Counted from the stretch's first letter, positions 41,995 through 55,309 are shown. The stretch: DNA of 64,000 nt from Octopus vulgaris (GCA_951406725.2 OX597826.1:71672001-71736000); one strand, 5' to 3'. Made by a program: numbers and translations. The notes: generated by a model not told the origin, from the letters alone.

Positions 41995-42300
41995 TATACA
42001 GTCTCTTGTCTTGGGTGATTTTCACCTGCCAAGTTTTGCACTCATAATTAGAGTAAACAGTACATTACTGTTGCAGAAGCTCATCTTTGTACTTAGGTAT
42101 AACCTTTTGCTCCTTCAGATTTTTTCAAGTTTGGATGAATGCAGCTGAGATGGTTGGATTACTTCCATAGTCTCAGTTAGTCAGGCTTGGGAATCCAGCA
42201 GGAAGGCGTAATGATGGCTGCTTCTGATAGGACCCTAGGGATGGAGTGTCTGAGGACCCATCCCCAACATCCTACCAGGAATAGTGGGCTGGGAAAATGG
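41995..42300 (-). mobile_element. RTE-like LINE fragment
   Basis: 42000-42147 nearly duplicates 48320-48467 (LEKI.RSKRLYL.TKMSFCNSNVL). Confidence 0.7.
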
Positions 42301-42618
42301 ATGGATGGATGTAATTTGAGGGAGATTAGGAGTAACATTACTTGACAGGAAATATCCATTAAGTCAAGCTGCCTTAAGAGATTGTAGCTGAAGGAGATTT
42401 GATTGCTAATTCTAGCAGGCTGGGAAACCACATAAGGGTGCCACTATTGCCTTGACTAGTGTATTGGCTCTTGTTTAGGTGGCAAAATTTGATGACGGAA
42501 GTAGGCTGAACAAGTAGACTATATAATTAGTACAGTAATACCTCTACAGGTCTATGAGTCATATAGACAAGAACACACAAAGAAAATTAGAGCAAAACAG
42601 GAAATTTTTAGAGTTTGA

Positions 42619-42619
<1 letters not shown>

Positions 42620-42677
<58 letters not shown>

Positions 42678-42692
42678 TAATAATAATAATAA
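42620..42692. repeat. (TAA)n microsatellite
   Basis: Directly visible. Confidence 0.95.
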
Positions 42693-43130
42693 AAACACTA
42701 CTATGTCAGCACTCCTGCTTACTTGAATGAACATCATACTGAGCCGGTCGTTGAAGATAAAAATATTACTATCCTCTGGAATTTTCCAGTCAACAGACAA
42801 ACCGAGTCAGGCTAATTGACCAGACATAATTATTAAAGACAGGGAAGAAAATACTTGTAGATTAATAGATGTAAGTGTTCCCATTGATAAAAATATATCT
42901 GTTAAGGAATTTGACAAACTAAGAAAATATAAGGACCTGGAAACTGAAGTACAAAAGATATGGCATCTTAAAACAAGAACTGTTCCTGTTATTGTAGGTG
43001 CCCTAGGTATGATAAAAGAGGGATGTCAGAAACATCTAGATAAGATCCCAGGAGAACCGTGTCTCAGAGAAATCCAAAAGACTGTGCTGACAAGTACTGC
43101 CCACATCCTTAGAAAAACCCTACCCATTTA
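42693..43130 (+). mobile_element. R4/Dong-clade non-LTR retrotransposon, 3' fragment (REL endonuclease)
   Basis: Translates to PDIIIKDREENTCRLIDVSVPIDKNISVKEFDKLRKYKDLETEVQKIWHLKTRTVPVIVGALGMIK...EIQKTVLTSTAHILRK*, the PD-(D/E)xK C-terminus of R4/Dong elements. One stop and a frameshift lie upstream. Confidence 0.88.
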
Positions 43131-43829
43131 AATGTCTGTGTTTGTATAACATGAAGAAAACGTTGTTGTAGGAGTGTACACAGAATGTGTACTACAGCAA
43201 TACTATGCCTAGCTTTAATACTGAGATTGAAAAGCAGGGGCAAATTATGCCTACCTAATCTACAAAAAGATGAAATATTTTGCATTTTATGCATAGTAAT
43301 CAGAGTAACCTTCATAATTTTATTGAATTAGGTGCATATTTTGCCAGTAAAGGAAAATGTTACTATTGATCTACTTTATTCAGGGTAGACACAGCCTACC
43401 TCGCCTACCCAGGCAGCACATCCCTGATACATGCATGCATACATACATACATACATACATACATACATACATACATACATAAACAGCAGATAGAATTGAT
43501 CAGAGGTTTAGTGAAAATTTGAAAAAGCATTTCAAGGATTCTCCATTTGAGGTTCCTGGGCAAATATATGCACACAATTACATAGACATATTGAATACAT
43601 TTAGACACACACACACATAAGCATTAATGAAACATGCACACTTGTGTTCTGTTGTGATATACACACAACCACAAATGCAAGTTTATCCATCCACAAACAC
43701 ACACACACACACATGCCTGACATTCACAAATATATGCATACATGAACTAATTAAGGGCTATCTTGATTTGAAAAAAAAAGAGCTTTGCTACTTTGTTAGG
43801 GAGCAGCTTGAATTATGCAGCATACATGG

Positions 43830-44205
43830 CAGTGTGGTAAGAAGCTTGCTTTCCAGTCACAGGATTCTAGGTTCAGTCCCAGTGCATGGTAACTTGGGCA
43901 AGTGTCTTCTACTATAGCCTAGGGCCGACCAAAGCCTTGAGAGTGGATTTGGTTGACGGAAACTGAAAGAAGCCTGTTGTGTGTATGTATATCCCCCAGC
44001 ACCACTAGATAACTGGTGTAAGTGCATTTATGTCACTGGAATTTACTTGTCTGGCAAAAGAGACTGATAGAATTAGCACCAGGCTTACAGAAAAAAAAAC
44101 CAAAAAGAAAGGAACTGGGTTTGATTCGTTTGACTAAAAAACTTCTTCAAGGCAGTGCCCACCATGGCTGCCGTCTAATGAGTGAAACGAGTAAAAGATA
44201 GAAGA
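43830..44205 (+). mobile_element. SINE family A
   Basis: Head, core and tail all present. Confidence 0.85.
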
Positions 44206-44652
44206 TAACGAGGAAAAAAAACTTTAAATAGGTAAATAAATGAAGAAAGAAAGAAAACAAGGAAGGAAGAAAAACAACAGATACACACACACACACGCAC
44301 ATACACACACATTTGAAGGGCATTCAACTATGAAATCCTGCCAAGAATAGAAGATATGAATGAGGAGGGCAGTAATATCAGAAAAGAATAAATTTGGACT
44401 GTGACAAACTGTCCAACCAATCTCAGCATGGGAAATAGGCCATAAAATGATAATGATGATGGTGGTGGTAGTGGTGGTGGTGGTGGTACTGGTGGTGGTG
44501 GTGGTGGTGGCATTTATAACTGAAGAAGTGGTATGATTAGATCTCAGAATGTTGAACTCAAAAGATAACAGATGTTAAGTTGAATAGCAACATACTGTGC
44601 TTCATATTTGTTCAACTGTTGAGGGCACGAAAAGATCAGTATTAGAATGATG

Positions 44653-45347
44653 AGAAGAAGAAGAAGAAGAAGAAGAAGAAGAAGAAGAAGAAGAAGAAGA
44701 AGAAGAAGAAGAAGAAGAAGAAGAAGAAGAAGAAGAAGAAGAAGGGGAAGAAGAAGAAGAAGAAGAAGAAGAAGAAGAAGAAGAAGAAGAAGAAGAAGAA
44801 GAAGAAGAAGAAGAAGAAGAAGAAGAAGAAGAAGAAGAAGAAGAAGAAGAAGAAGAAGAAGAAGAAGGAAGAAGAAGAAGAAGAAGAAGAAGAAGAAGAA
44901 GAAGAAGAAGAAGAAGAAGAAGAAGAAGAAGAAGAAGAAGAAGAAGAAGGAAGAAGAAGAAGAAGAAGAAGAAGAAGAAGAAGAAGAAGAAGAAGAAGAA
45001 GAAGAAGAAGAAGAAGAAGAAGAAGAAGGGAAGAAGAAGAAGAAGAAGAAGAAGGGGAAGAAGAAGAAGGGGAAGAAGAAGAAGAAGAAGAAGAAGAAGA
45101 AGAAGAAGAAGAAGAAGAAGAAGAAGAAGAAGAAGAAGAAGAAGGGGAAGAAGAAGAAGAAGGGGAAGAAGAAGAAGAAGAAGAAGAAGAAGAAGAAGGA
45201 AGAAGAAGAAGAAGAAGAAGAAGAAGAAGAAGAAGAAGAAGAAGAAGAAGAAGAAGAAGAAGAAGAAGAAGAAGAAGAAGAAGAAGAAGAAGAAGAAGAA
45301 GAAGAAGAAGAAGAAGAAGAAGAAGAAGAAGAAGAAGAAGAAGAAGA
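44653..45347. repeat. (GAA)n array of about 0.7 kb
   Basis: Pure purine strand with sparse G interruptions. Confidence 0.98.
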
Positions 45348-45865
45348 ATTTTGATTTATAATTGTATTGAACTCTATCAAGTTATACATTATGATAATTC
45401 TTTACTGTTGCTTAGCCTCAAGCAGAGGAGTCCTCAGGGGTAGTCTTGCCATGAACCACCCAACATTGTTAGGGGTATTTCAGACTGCATTACAGAATTT
45501 GTTTCCTTTCCTTATTAAAATAGCAGAGTGTGATTTTTTTTTTAGGGAAATCTGGCTACTCTTTCTAACAAGTCAAATGACAGTGTAGAAATTCTCTCGT
45601 TGGCTACTAGAGAGTTAATTAATAGATATATCTAATTAAAGTAATTGCTACTTTGAAATGACAACGTGTTTTGATTGTTGTTGATTACTGCCATGATCAA
45701 ATAACAAGTTTATCTATATACTTACTCGATATTGTATTACTGACTGATTTAACTGTTTAGCATTAAAACCAGCCATGTTCGGCCTAAATATTCTACCTGG
45801 TTTATGTTCAAACCATCAAGATGCAACCTCTCACACCTACCCTAAGATGTCCTTCTAAAAATAAC

Positions 45866-46353
45866 CTATTTCTTTACTACCCACAAGGGGCTAAACACAG
45901 AGGGGACAAACAAGGACAGACAAACGGGTTAAGTCGATTACATCGACCCCAGTGCGTAACTGGTACTTATTTAATGGACCCCGAAAGGATGAAAGGCAAA
46001 GTCGACCTCAGCGGAATTTGAACTCAGAACATAGCGGCAGACGAAATACCTATTTCTTTACTACCCACAAGGGGCTAAACACAGAGAGGACAAACAAGGA
46101 CAGACAAATGGATTAAGTCGATTATATCGACCCCAGTGCGTAACTGGTACTTATTTAATCAACCCTGAAAGGATGAAAGGCAAAGTCAACCTCGGCAGAA
46201 TTTGAACTCAGAACATAGCAACTGGTACTTTATTTATCGATCCCGAAAGGATGAAAGGCAAGGTTGACCTCGGCAGAATTTGAACTCAGAACGTAATGGC
46301 AGATGAAATACGGCTACGCATTTCGCCCGGCGTGCTAATGTTTCTGCCAGCTC
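45866..46353 (-). mobile_element. Tandem multimer of SINE family B inside a family 2 MITE
   Basis: Three head-to-tail partial units. Confidence 0.85.
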
Positions 46354-47609
46354 AACCAAAATCAGGCAAGATGGCAAGATGGTGTCAGAGCAGTTACTAT
46401 GGCATTGAGATAGATCCAGCCGTCCTTGTTAACAGGGACAAAACCTGGATTCAAAATGATTGATGGACATCATGAAAATCTCAAAGCTGCAAGATGATGC
46501 GTGATTAATTCAAAGCAATGTGAATAAACAAACATTACATTTGGAAGAGAAGTCTGGAGGCTAAAGGATTAAAGAACTGGCAGAATCTTCAGCATGCCAG
46601 TCGAAACGCATAGCTGCATTTCGTACGTTCTGAGTTCAAATTCCACCAAGGTCCACTTTGCCTTTCATTCTTTCAGAGGTGAATAAATGTACTTGTTGAG
46701 CACTGGGGCCAATTAGTCATCATCATAATTTAACGTCCGTTTTCCATGCTAGCATGGGTTGGACGGTTTGACCAGGGTCTGGGAAGCCAGGAGGCCACAC
46801 CAGGCTCCAGTGTGATCTGGCAATGTTTCTACAGCTGGATGCCCTTCCTAACGCCAACCACTCCGTGAGTGTAGTGGGTGCTTTTTACGTGCCACTGGCA
46901 CGGGAGATAGTCAGGCAGTACTGGCAATGACCTTGCTCAAATCTTTTTACACATGCTGGCAACGGCCTGTTTCCTAAAATTCCAGGCCTTGTGCCTATTG
47001 TAGAAAAGATTATTAACTTAATTATCATATTTAATGGATTCAGGTTTAACTTGCCAGATGGAAAGCCCCCTGCGGTCGCATTTGGTTCTACAATAGAAAA
47101 CCATTTTTGCTATATTTTAAAACTTCTGTCATCTAAATTAAAGCCTACCTTCATAAACTTTATGTGAGAAACTTTGGGGAAATTGTTTCATACAACTGAT
47201 GATTTGCCTCTTAATGGAGTTTTCTTGTTTGAGAAATAACACATTGGTAAAAGAAAGTCAGCAGATTTGAGATGGGCAAAAAAATGATGCTGACGATAAT
47301 CAGTGAATAGTTTTTACCAAAATCCTAGATATTTTCAGTCAGCGTAGGGTCTGATAAGAATATGTATGGGCTATGCATTTTGAGGTCAAATAAGACTGAC
47401 GCATGTCTAGAGTTGTCCCTACATTTGCTAATGATTAGACCCACTCCCTACTACATCCCCCATACCTTTTAATTTTTAATCAATTTAAATTTCAGGGTTG
47501 TCTCCCTTACTTCACTGGACAAAAATTACCATTAACGCTGAATATCTTTCTTCTCACTACAGCCAAATTTTTTAATGATTAAAAATTTATGGAGGTTTAC
47601 TATTTTAAT

Positions 47610-48125
47610 ACCTACTTAGGGGGTCACATGTCTTGAGACACACGAGGCACTCAAAGTGCACCAGTGACCATAGTTCTTTGCTTCTCTCAATGCTTCGTTC
47701 CATGTTCTGTAAATCAGCTGCATGTCCCTGCTGGTCGTTTGGTGCCAATTTATCTTTGGGCATCCTCTCTGTCCTTTTCGAAAAGTTCTCCACTGAAGGA
47801 CTTAGTTGGTGAGTCTCTCGCATGGAAGTTGTATTACCTGACCCACTCAACTCAGATGGCGTTTGCACACAATGTTAGACAAAAGATGTTGGTTGGCTTG
47901 TTGTCACCCTTTCTGGTTGGTGACTCCATTTGATACTCTTTTACTTGCTTCAGTCATTTGACCTCAACCATGCTGGAGCACCGCCTTTATAGTCAAGCAA
48001 ATCGACCCCAGAGCTTATTCTTTATAACCCTAGTACTTATTCTATCGGTTGAACCGCTAAGTTACAGGGACCTAAACACACAAGTGATGCCGGGGGGACA
48101 AACAGACACACAAACATACACACAC

Positions 48126-48159
<34 letters not shown>

Positions 48160-48985
48160 GACGGGCTTCTTCCAGTTTCTGTCTACCAAATCCACTCACA
48201 AGGCTTTGGTCGGCCTGAGGCTATAGTAGAAGACACTTGCCCAAGGTGCCATGCAGTGGGACTGAACCCAGGACCAGTGATTGGTAAGCTACTTACTCCT
48301 GAATTTTACATATGCATCCAGTCTCTTGTCTTGGGTGATTTTCACCTGCCAAGTTTTGCCCCCATAATTAGAGTAGACAGTACATTACTGTTGCAGAAGC
48401 TCATCTTTGTCCTTAGGTATAACCTTTTGCTCCTCCAGATCTTTTCAAGTTTGGATGAATGCAGCTGATGTTTTGCCTGTCCTACAATCCAACTCCTTAT
48501 CCATGTTTCTGTTCCTGTTGATGGAGCTTCTCCAAGGTAAGTGAAATCATCCACAACTTTGGCCTCATTCTATGTGATACAGACATTTGCTGGCGGCAGA
48601 CGAAATCCAACTTGGTTTTCTTGGCATTGATTTGAAGACCTACTTCAAATTCCGCCGAGGTCGACTTTGCCTTTCATCCTTTCGGGGTCAATAAATTAAG
48701 TACCAGTTATGCACTGGGATCAATATAATCAACTTAATCCATCTGTCTGTCCTTGTTTGTCTTCTCTGTGTTTAGTCCCTTGTGGGTAGTAAAGAAATGG
48801 GTATTGATTTGAAGACCTACACTGGCTGCTGTCAAGCCAAACTTATCTACAAGGAACTACAGTAAATGAGTGTTTTCAATAAGGGCAGCAATGTCACCAG
48901 AAAATTCAAGGCCTGTGAGTTTTTGATCTCCTACCCAACTCATCTCCTTATCTTGTGTTGCCCTCTTGAGCATCCAGTCAATGGC
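47610..48985 (-). mobile_element. Decayed RTE-like LINE 3' region, split by SINE A (47935-48300) and SINE B (48644-48802)
   Basis: Minus-strand remnants VDDFTYLG, L.TKM.F.NS.VLSTL and a degenerate LRW.GHV.R / RG.PK..W terminal motif. Confidence 0.75.
48644..48802 (+). mobile_element. 5'-truncated SINE B with 18-bp target-site duplication
   Basis: attgatttgaagacctac at 48626-48643 and 48803-48820. Confidence 0.9.
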
Positions 48986-49609
48986 CAAAGCCTGCACTTA
49001 ACTAAACGAAGTAGCTGTCACTGATTTTGTCATGTTCATTTGCTTGCTTACTTCAGTGTTATCTCAGAAACTACTTCTATAACCACTGATGTCTAAGAAA
49101 CTTCTTTAAAAGCCACTGATATCTTAGAGACTACCTTAGTGTTTACTCCGATATCTCAAATACAAATGAGGCCAAGTAAAAGAGAATTTTTTTTTGTGGT
49201 CAATTTTGCTTTTTATCAAATTACTTTTTTTTATTAAGTAAGCAGGCCAGACCTATTTCTTGTATCATATCAGATATATAGAATGAAATCTGTGGACTTG
49301 GAATACAAAATACAATAAAATGAAGTCTCACAAATCTACGCAGCAAAACAATTGCACTGTAGATTTGTCTGTCAGCACTGTAGTAGATTTTTAGCCTCAG
49401 GTCAGCTCTGATTGTGCAGATCAAAAGATCAAAAGCATTTTAGCTCTGACCATCCTATCTTTATAAGGGTATTTAAGATTACATTATATAACATGCTCTT
49501 CCGATAACTAAGATGATAGAATGCAATTTGAGAGAAATTTGGCTTCTACTTCTAGCAAGTAAAGAGGCCTCCTCCTCCTCCTATTGTTGAATTGCTATAA
49601 TAATTAGTA

Positions 49610-49965
49610 TTGCTTGCCAACCACATGGTCCCGGGTTCAGACCCACTGCGTGGCACCTTGGGCAAGTGTCTTCTACTATAGCCTCGGGCCAACCAAAGCC
49701 TTATGAGTGGATTTGGTAGACGGAAACTGAAAGAATCCTGTCGTATATATGTATGTGTGTGTATATGTTTGTGTGTCTGTGTTTGTCCCCCCAACATTGC
49801 TTGACAACCGATGCTGGTGTGTTTACGTCCCCGTAACTTAGCGGTTCGGCAAAAGAGACCGATAGAATAAGTACTAGGCTTACAAAGAATAAGTCCTGGG
49901 GTCGATTTGCTCGACTAAAGGCAGTGCTCCAGCATGGCCGCAGTCAAATGACTGAAACAAGTAAA
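49610..49965 (+). mobile_element. SINE family A
   Basis: Near-consensus copy, with an extra tail fragment at about 50028-50085. Confidence 0.88.
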
Positions 49966-50793
49966 AAAAAAAATGGGGTTTACAGAAATAACAGTTAATG
50001 GGTCAAAATATACTGAAATGTTTATCAACTCGACTAAAGGTGGTGCTCCAGCATGGCTGCAGTCAAATGACTGAAACAAGTAAAATAATATATAGGGGAA
50101 AATTCTTTTTGATTTTATTTATTGACTTTTTGGTTAATATTCTTTTTACTTATATAATGAAAATTAAAGGTGAGCGAGTGTATGTTTGTTCCTTCAGCAT
50201 TTAAACCAGTCATATCTGGCCAAAAAGTTCTGCCCATTTTATGTTCAAACTGGCCATATCCAGCTTTTCACACCTACCTTACAATGTCATTCTAAGAAAT
50301 AAACACTCACATCACTGAAAGTTTGAAGTTATGAGATTATGCAAGATTAATTCAAAACAATGTGAATAAATAAGCATTGCCTTTCACAGACTAACCTGAA
50401 TGCGGCAAGACTTCTGCTCCACACCCCCAAAAGACCCTTTTTTTTAAACATTTTTTTGACACAACTCCTACCCTTTGGCTATGGGGAATACAAATCTGCA
50501 AAAAAATTGACAAAAATCAGCATTTTTAAATTACTACCCCAACCCCCATTTCCTTCATTTTTTATTTTTTCCAAAATATGCAGAAAAATATGGAGATTAG
50601 GATTCTGAAAATAATTTCCAAAATTTTTGCAAAATTTTCTTTTAAGAATTTTTTTCTTTTTTATAAATATGTGGAAAAATACAGACTTTCCGATTCTGAC
50701 AAAAATTTCAAAACATTTCTGTAGTTACAGGTAAGGTTAGGGTTTTAGGATTAGGATTAGGGTTAGGGTTAAGAGAAAAAAGTCAAAATTTAA

Positions 50794-51011
50794 CCCTTTC
50801 ATTACCGAATTTATTTTGAGATGCTCTGTGTTTCTTTCAATTATTTTAAATATAACAAAGAATTTAGTAAAATAACTTAGTTATCATTTAGCTAGTGTTA
50901 GGAACATAAATTGTGACTAAGGTTTGGTGGAAGATTTTAATTCAAAACTTAAGAAAACAAGACATTTCTACAGAGTGAGAGGCAATTTTGGTCGGGTTGG
51001 TAATGAAAGGG
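50794..51011. mobile_element. piggyBac-like MITE family 1, third copy
   Basis: TTAA flanks and TIR ccctttcattac / gtaatgaaaggg. Confidence 0.85.
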
Positions 51012-51664
51012 TTAAGAAATGGAGGGAGTGGGGAATTTCACAATGCCAATTTTTGGCAATTTTTTGGAATTTACACTCTGCAAATTAGTGGTTTGGCAAA
51101 GGAGACCAATAGAATAATACCAAGTTTAAAGGAATTAAGTATTGGGGTGAATTCATTAAACAAAAATATTCTTCAAGGCAATGCCCCAACATGGTCACAA
51201 TCTAATGAATGAAACCAGTAAAAGATAAAAGCATAGAATTTTGGTGGAGGGTTTTAATTTAAACCATTTAAAACAGGAAGTTTGTATCATAGAAGCAGAA
51301 ACAGTCTCGGGTGAATTAGTATCAAAAAGGGTTAATGAAGAATTACGCATTTAGAAACTCAGCCACTGCAATCTTGAATCTACTTTAGGCTGTCTTCAGA
51401 CTTGCTACACCTGTCACGTGTTCCTTGAATTAAATGCAGAATATAGTGATGAGTTGACAAACATTAACTGACAGTAATTATACGGTTCTCCTTGCAGCAC
51501 ATGACTCAATCTATTGTTGCGAATATAGAGAGAGAAATATTTTTAGAATACGGTTGGGTAGAAAGTATGTCAGAAGTCTAATTGACAATTCAGTGATTGT
51601 GATGATGGCGATGACGAGAAGAAGATTGAGGGTAAGAAATTATGAAATTATCTATGTAGCTATA

Positions 51665-52060
51665 TGTTCTTTTATTCTTTTATTTGTTTTGGTCATTTGA
51701 CTGAGGCCATGCTGGAGCACTGCCTTTAGTCGAAATAAATTGACACCAGGACTTATCTTTTGTAAGCCTAGTACTTATTCTATCGGTCTCTTTTGCTAAA
51801 CCTCTAAGTTATGGATGACATAGACGCACCAACATTGGCGATGTTGGGAGGACAAACACAGACACACAAACATGTACACCTGCATACACACACACATATA
51901 CATATACGATGGACTTATTTCAGTTTCCATCTACCAAATCCACTCACAAGGCTTTAGTCAGCTCAAGGCTATACAAGGAGACACTTGCCCAAGGTGCCAC
52001 ACTGGGACTGAACCTGGAACCATGTGGTTGGTAAGCAAGCTACTTACTACACAGCCACAC
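51665..52060 (-). mobile_element. SINE family A
   Basis: Family match with CpG decay. Confidence 0.85.
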
Positions 52061-52544
52061 AGATCATAAGAATTTTATAAACTTCCAAGAGAACTTTAAA
52101 TAAATTTTTTGGGGTGGGGTAGTGGATTTCAAAGCACACCTATTTACATGCTATTATTTATAGCTCTAAATAAGGTGGTGAGCTGGCAGAATCGTTAGCA
52201 TGCTGGGCAAAATGCTTAGCAATATTTTGTTCATCTTTAAGTTCCGAGTTCAAATTAAAACACACCAACACCAGTTGTTAAGTGGTGGTAGAGGACACAC
52301 ACACACACACACAAAGACACATACGCACACACAAAAAGACACGCACACGCACACACACACATATAGTTACACGAGGCACTCTTTTCAGTTTCCATCTACC
52401 AAATTCCCACACAAGGTTGTGGTCAACCCAAGGCTACAGTAGAAGACATTTGTTCAAGGTGCCACACTGTGGGACTGAAACCAAATCCATGTGGTTGGGA
52501 AACAAACTTCTTACCACACAGCCATGCCTGAGCCAATATATATA

Positions 52545-53175
52545 TCATCACCATTGTTTAATGTCTGCTTTCCATGCTGGCATGAGTTGGACGGTTTGAC
52601 TGAGGGCTGGCAAGCCAGGAGGCTGCACCAAGCTCCAATCTGATCTGGCAAGGTTTCTATAGCTGGATGCCCTTCCTGATACCAACCACTCTGAGAGTGT
52701 AGTGAGTGCTTTTTACATGACGGCCAGGCAGCACTGGCATTGACCATACTCGAATGGTACTTTTTAGGTGCCAGTTAGTCGACACTGGCATTGACCACAC
52801 TCGAATGGTGCTTTTTACGTGTCACCAGTATGGCTAACAGTCAGGCAACACCGGCATTGGTCAAGCTCAAATGGTGCATTTTACGTACCACCAACATGGG
52901 TGTCAGTCAGACGGCACTGGCATTGGCCACACTTGAATGTTGCTTTTTACATGCCACTGGCACAGGTGCCAGTTAGGTGGTACGGGCATTGGCCGCGACT
53001 ATGATTTCACTTGGCTCAGCAGGTTTTCTCAAGCACAGCATATTGCCCGACGATTGAAGGGTACTTTTAAATGGGCCAGTTATGCGACACTGGCACTGAC
53101 CCCAGCCACGATCTCACTTGCCTTGCTGGGTCTTCTCAAGCACAGCATATTTCCAAAGGTCTCAGTTGTTTGTCA
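52545..53175 (-). mobile_element. Family C retroposon with expanded internal subrepeats, nested in SINE A pieces
   Basis: Repeated cactggcattg.ccacactcgaatggtgctttttac units. Confidence 0.8.
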
Positions 53176-53939
53176 TTACCTCTTCTACTATAGCCTCAAG
53201 CAAACCAAAGCCTTGTGAGAGGATTTGGTAGACAGAAACTGAAAGAAGCCTGTTGTATATGTATATATGTGTGTATGTATGTGTTTGTGTTGGTGTTTGT
53301 CCTTCGACCCACCCATCGCCTAACAACTGATGTTAGTGTGTTTACATTCCCATAACTTAGCAGTTCAGCAGTAAATACTGATAGAATAAATACTAGGCTT
53401 ACAAAGAATAAGTCCTGGGGTCAACTTCTCTGACTAAGACCCATTAAGGTGGTGCTCCAGCATGGCCACAGTCAAATAACTGAAACGTGTAAATGAATAA
53501 AAGGATACCTACTGGCATTACATGGAACGCACTGTTGGTTGACAGTTTAGCGTGTCAATTCATGGACATAATACAATGAACTATATACCACATTGTGACA
53601 TCTACAGCAAAGTGGATTAGGGTGTTCATATTTAAGTGTTTTAGTCATGTTTACACTATAATGAACCAAGAAGAAGGGTGAGTGTCTTTGCCTGACCTTG
53701 TTGGCTGGTTGTCATGTAGCCAAGCGATTAATCTAATGGCATATCAACTATCGCTATACCATTCTGTAACATCCACAAATATGAAAGCTATCTACATATA
53801 AAGCTAAATGATAAAGACTACTTCTAATTTTCTGGCTTCAACCAGTTCTCTTCCCCACTCTTTTCTTGTGTCATAAATTATGTTGGGACAGTCATGGACT
53901 TCACAGCTGCATCAATAATAAAAATAAAAAATAAATAAA

Positions 53940-54188
53940 TGCGCCCTTTTTAAAGCCTAGCCAGGCTCATGGGCCTGGTTTCCCGGTTTCTATGGCATAT
54001 GGGTTCCCTAGCTGGACGGGACGCCAGTCCATCGCAGCGTTACTCATTTTTGCCAGCTGAGTGGACTGGAGCAATGTGAAATGAAGTGTTTTGCTCAAGA
54101 ACACAACGCATCGCTTGGTGCAGAAATCGAAACCACTATCTTACGATCATGATGCTGACACCCTAACAACTAAGCCACGCACCTCCAC
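53940..54188 (-). mobile_element. SINE family D
   Basis: Reverse complement of 39571-39810. Confidence 0.88.
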
Positions 54189-54510
54189 CATCAATAATAA
54201 ACAGGACATTAACTGCACCCACCTATTACAATTAATTTCCTTGCTTATTAATGCCATTAGCAGTAGTAATAGTGATGGTGGTGGTGACGGTGGTATTAGT
54301 AGTAGTAGTAGTAGTTGTAACTTGTGTTAATAAGTTATAGAAATTGTGGCAGTGGTAATGTATCATATTGTACCACTGATAATTAACTTTGTGTTAACAT
54401 ATTTCATGAACAGAGTATTACAATGTTGAGAAGAAATAATTAGGAGGTAAGAAAAGAAGATTATTAGTCAATAAGTAATATTTTATTTATTTCAGCAGGT
54501 ATGGGAGATA

Positions 54511-54554
54511 ACTGTAGACATGTTTCAGTCTTGTTATGACTTCATCAGCAAAGC
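54511..54554 (-). ncRNA. Minimal type I hammerhead ribozyme-like motif (stem I degenerate)
   Basis: Minus strand reads gctttg CUGAUGA agtc-ataacaa-gact GAAA catg UC tacagt. Confidence 0.55.
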
Positions 54555-54918
54555 ATAAATTTCACCATACTTGCGGAAACAGCAATGAAAGAATCACAAA
54601 ATAAATGCACAAAATGAACACTGGTTAACATAGGAAAACAAAAAAAACAATTATTAAGGGGATAAATCATTCTGAGTTAACTTTTTAATGCTTCAAGAAT
54701 TAAATGTTTTAAATGCTTCAAGAATTAAATTAAATTAAAAGTAATTAATACCTAATACACTGACAATCGACTTTCCTTTTATTACTGTTTTTTTTTTTTA
54801 ACTTGTAAATTTCTTTTTGACTATCAAATTTGATATAATACCAAGCTGACACCAGATTGCACACAGACTAAATTCTTTTTTTAAATATATCAGTGCAAAC
54901 ATCCCATTTTACACATTA

Positions 54919-55309
54919 CTAGCAGTATAGCCCAGCGTTGCTCGGGTTTGTTTTCTTTTCAACCCTTTAGAATTGGAATTTTTGAAAAGAAAAAATTTTG
55001 CATTATGTAGCTTGTTATTCTCTTTAAGTGAACATTTTTCTGGTTGAAATACACCGAAAAATGGTGACACAGCAGTCAAAAATTCATAAAAAATAGGGTT
55101 TTTCATAGAAAAAAAGCACCTTTTTGATGTAAATAATTTTTGGTGTTAACATTGTCCGATTTGAATTTTTTCTTTTGCAGAAGGAAGAGCAAGCCTTCTT
55201 CTATCATACTCTCAGTTTTGGTCAACTTGCGCTGCAGGGTCTCGGAGGTGATAGTGTTAGTTGAAGGCTACCAAACCTGCCATACACAGACAACTTCAGC
55301 TTTATGTAT
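54919..55309 (-). mobile_element. Non-autonomous Helitron-like element (Lep1/HINE-like architecture)
   Basis: CTAG terminus with a subterminal GC hairpin cccagcgttgctcggg. The other end has a cataca/cagaca microsatellite remnant and agctttat. Confidence 0.6.

Noticed and set aside
44544-45389. Poly-R/K/E and poly-S/F/L ORFs
   Set aside because: They are translations of the (GAA)n tract.
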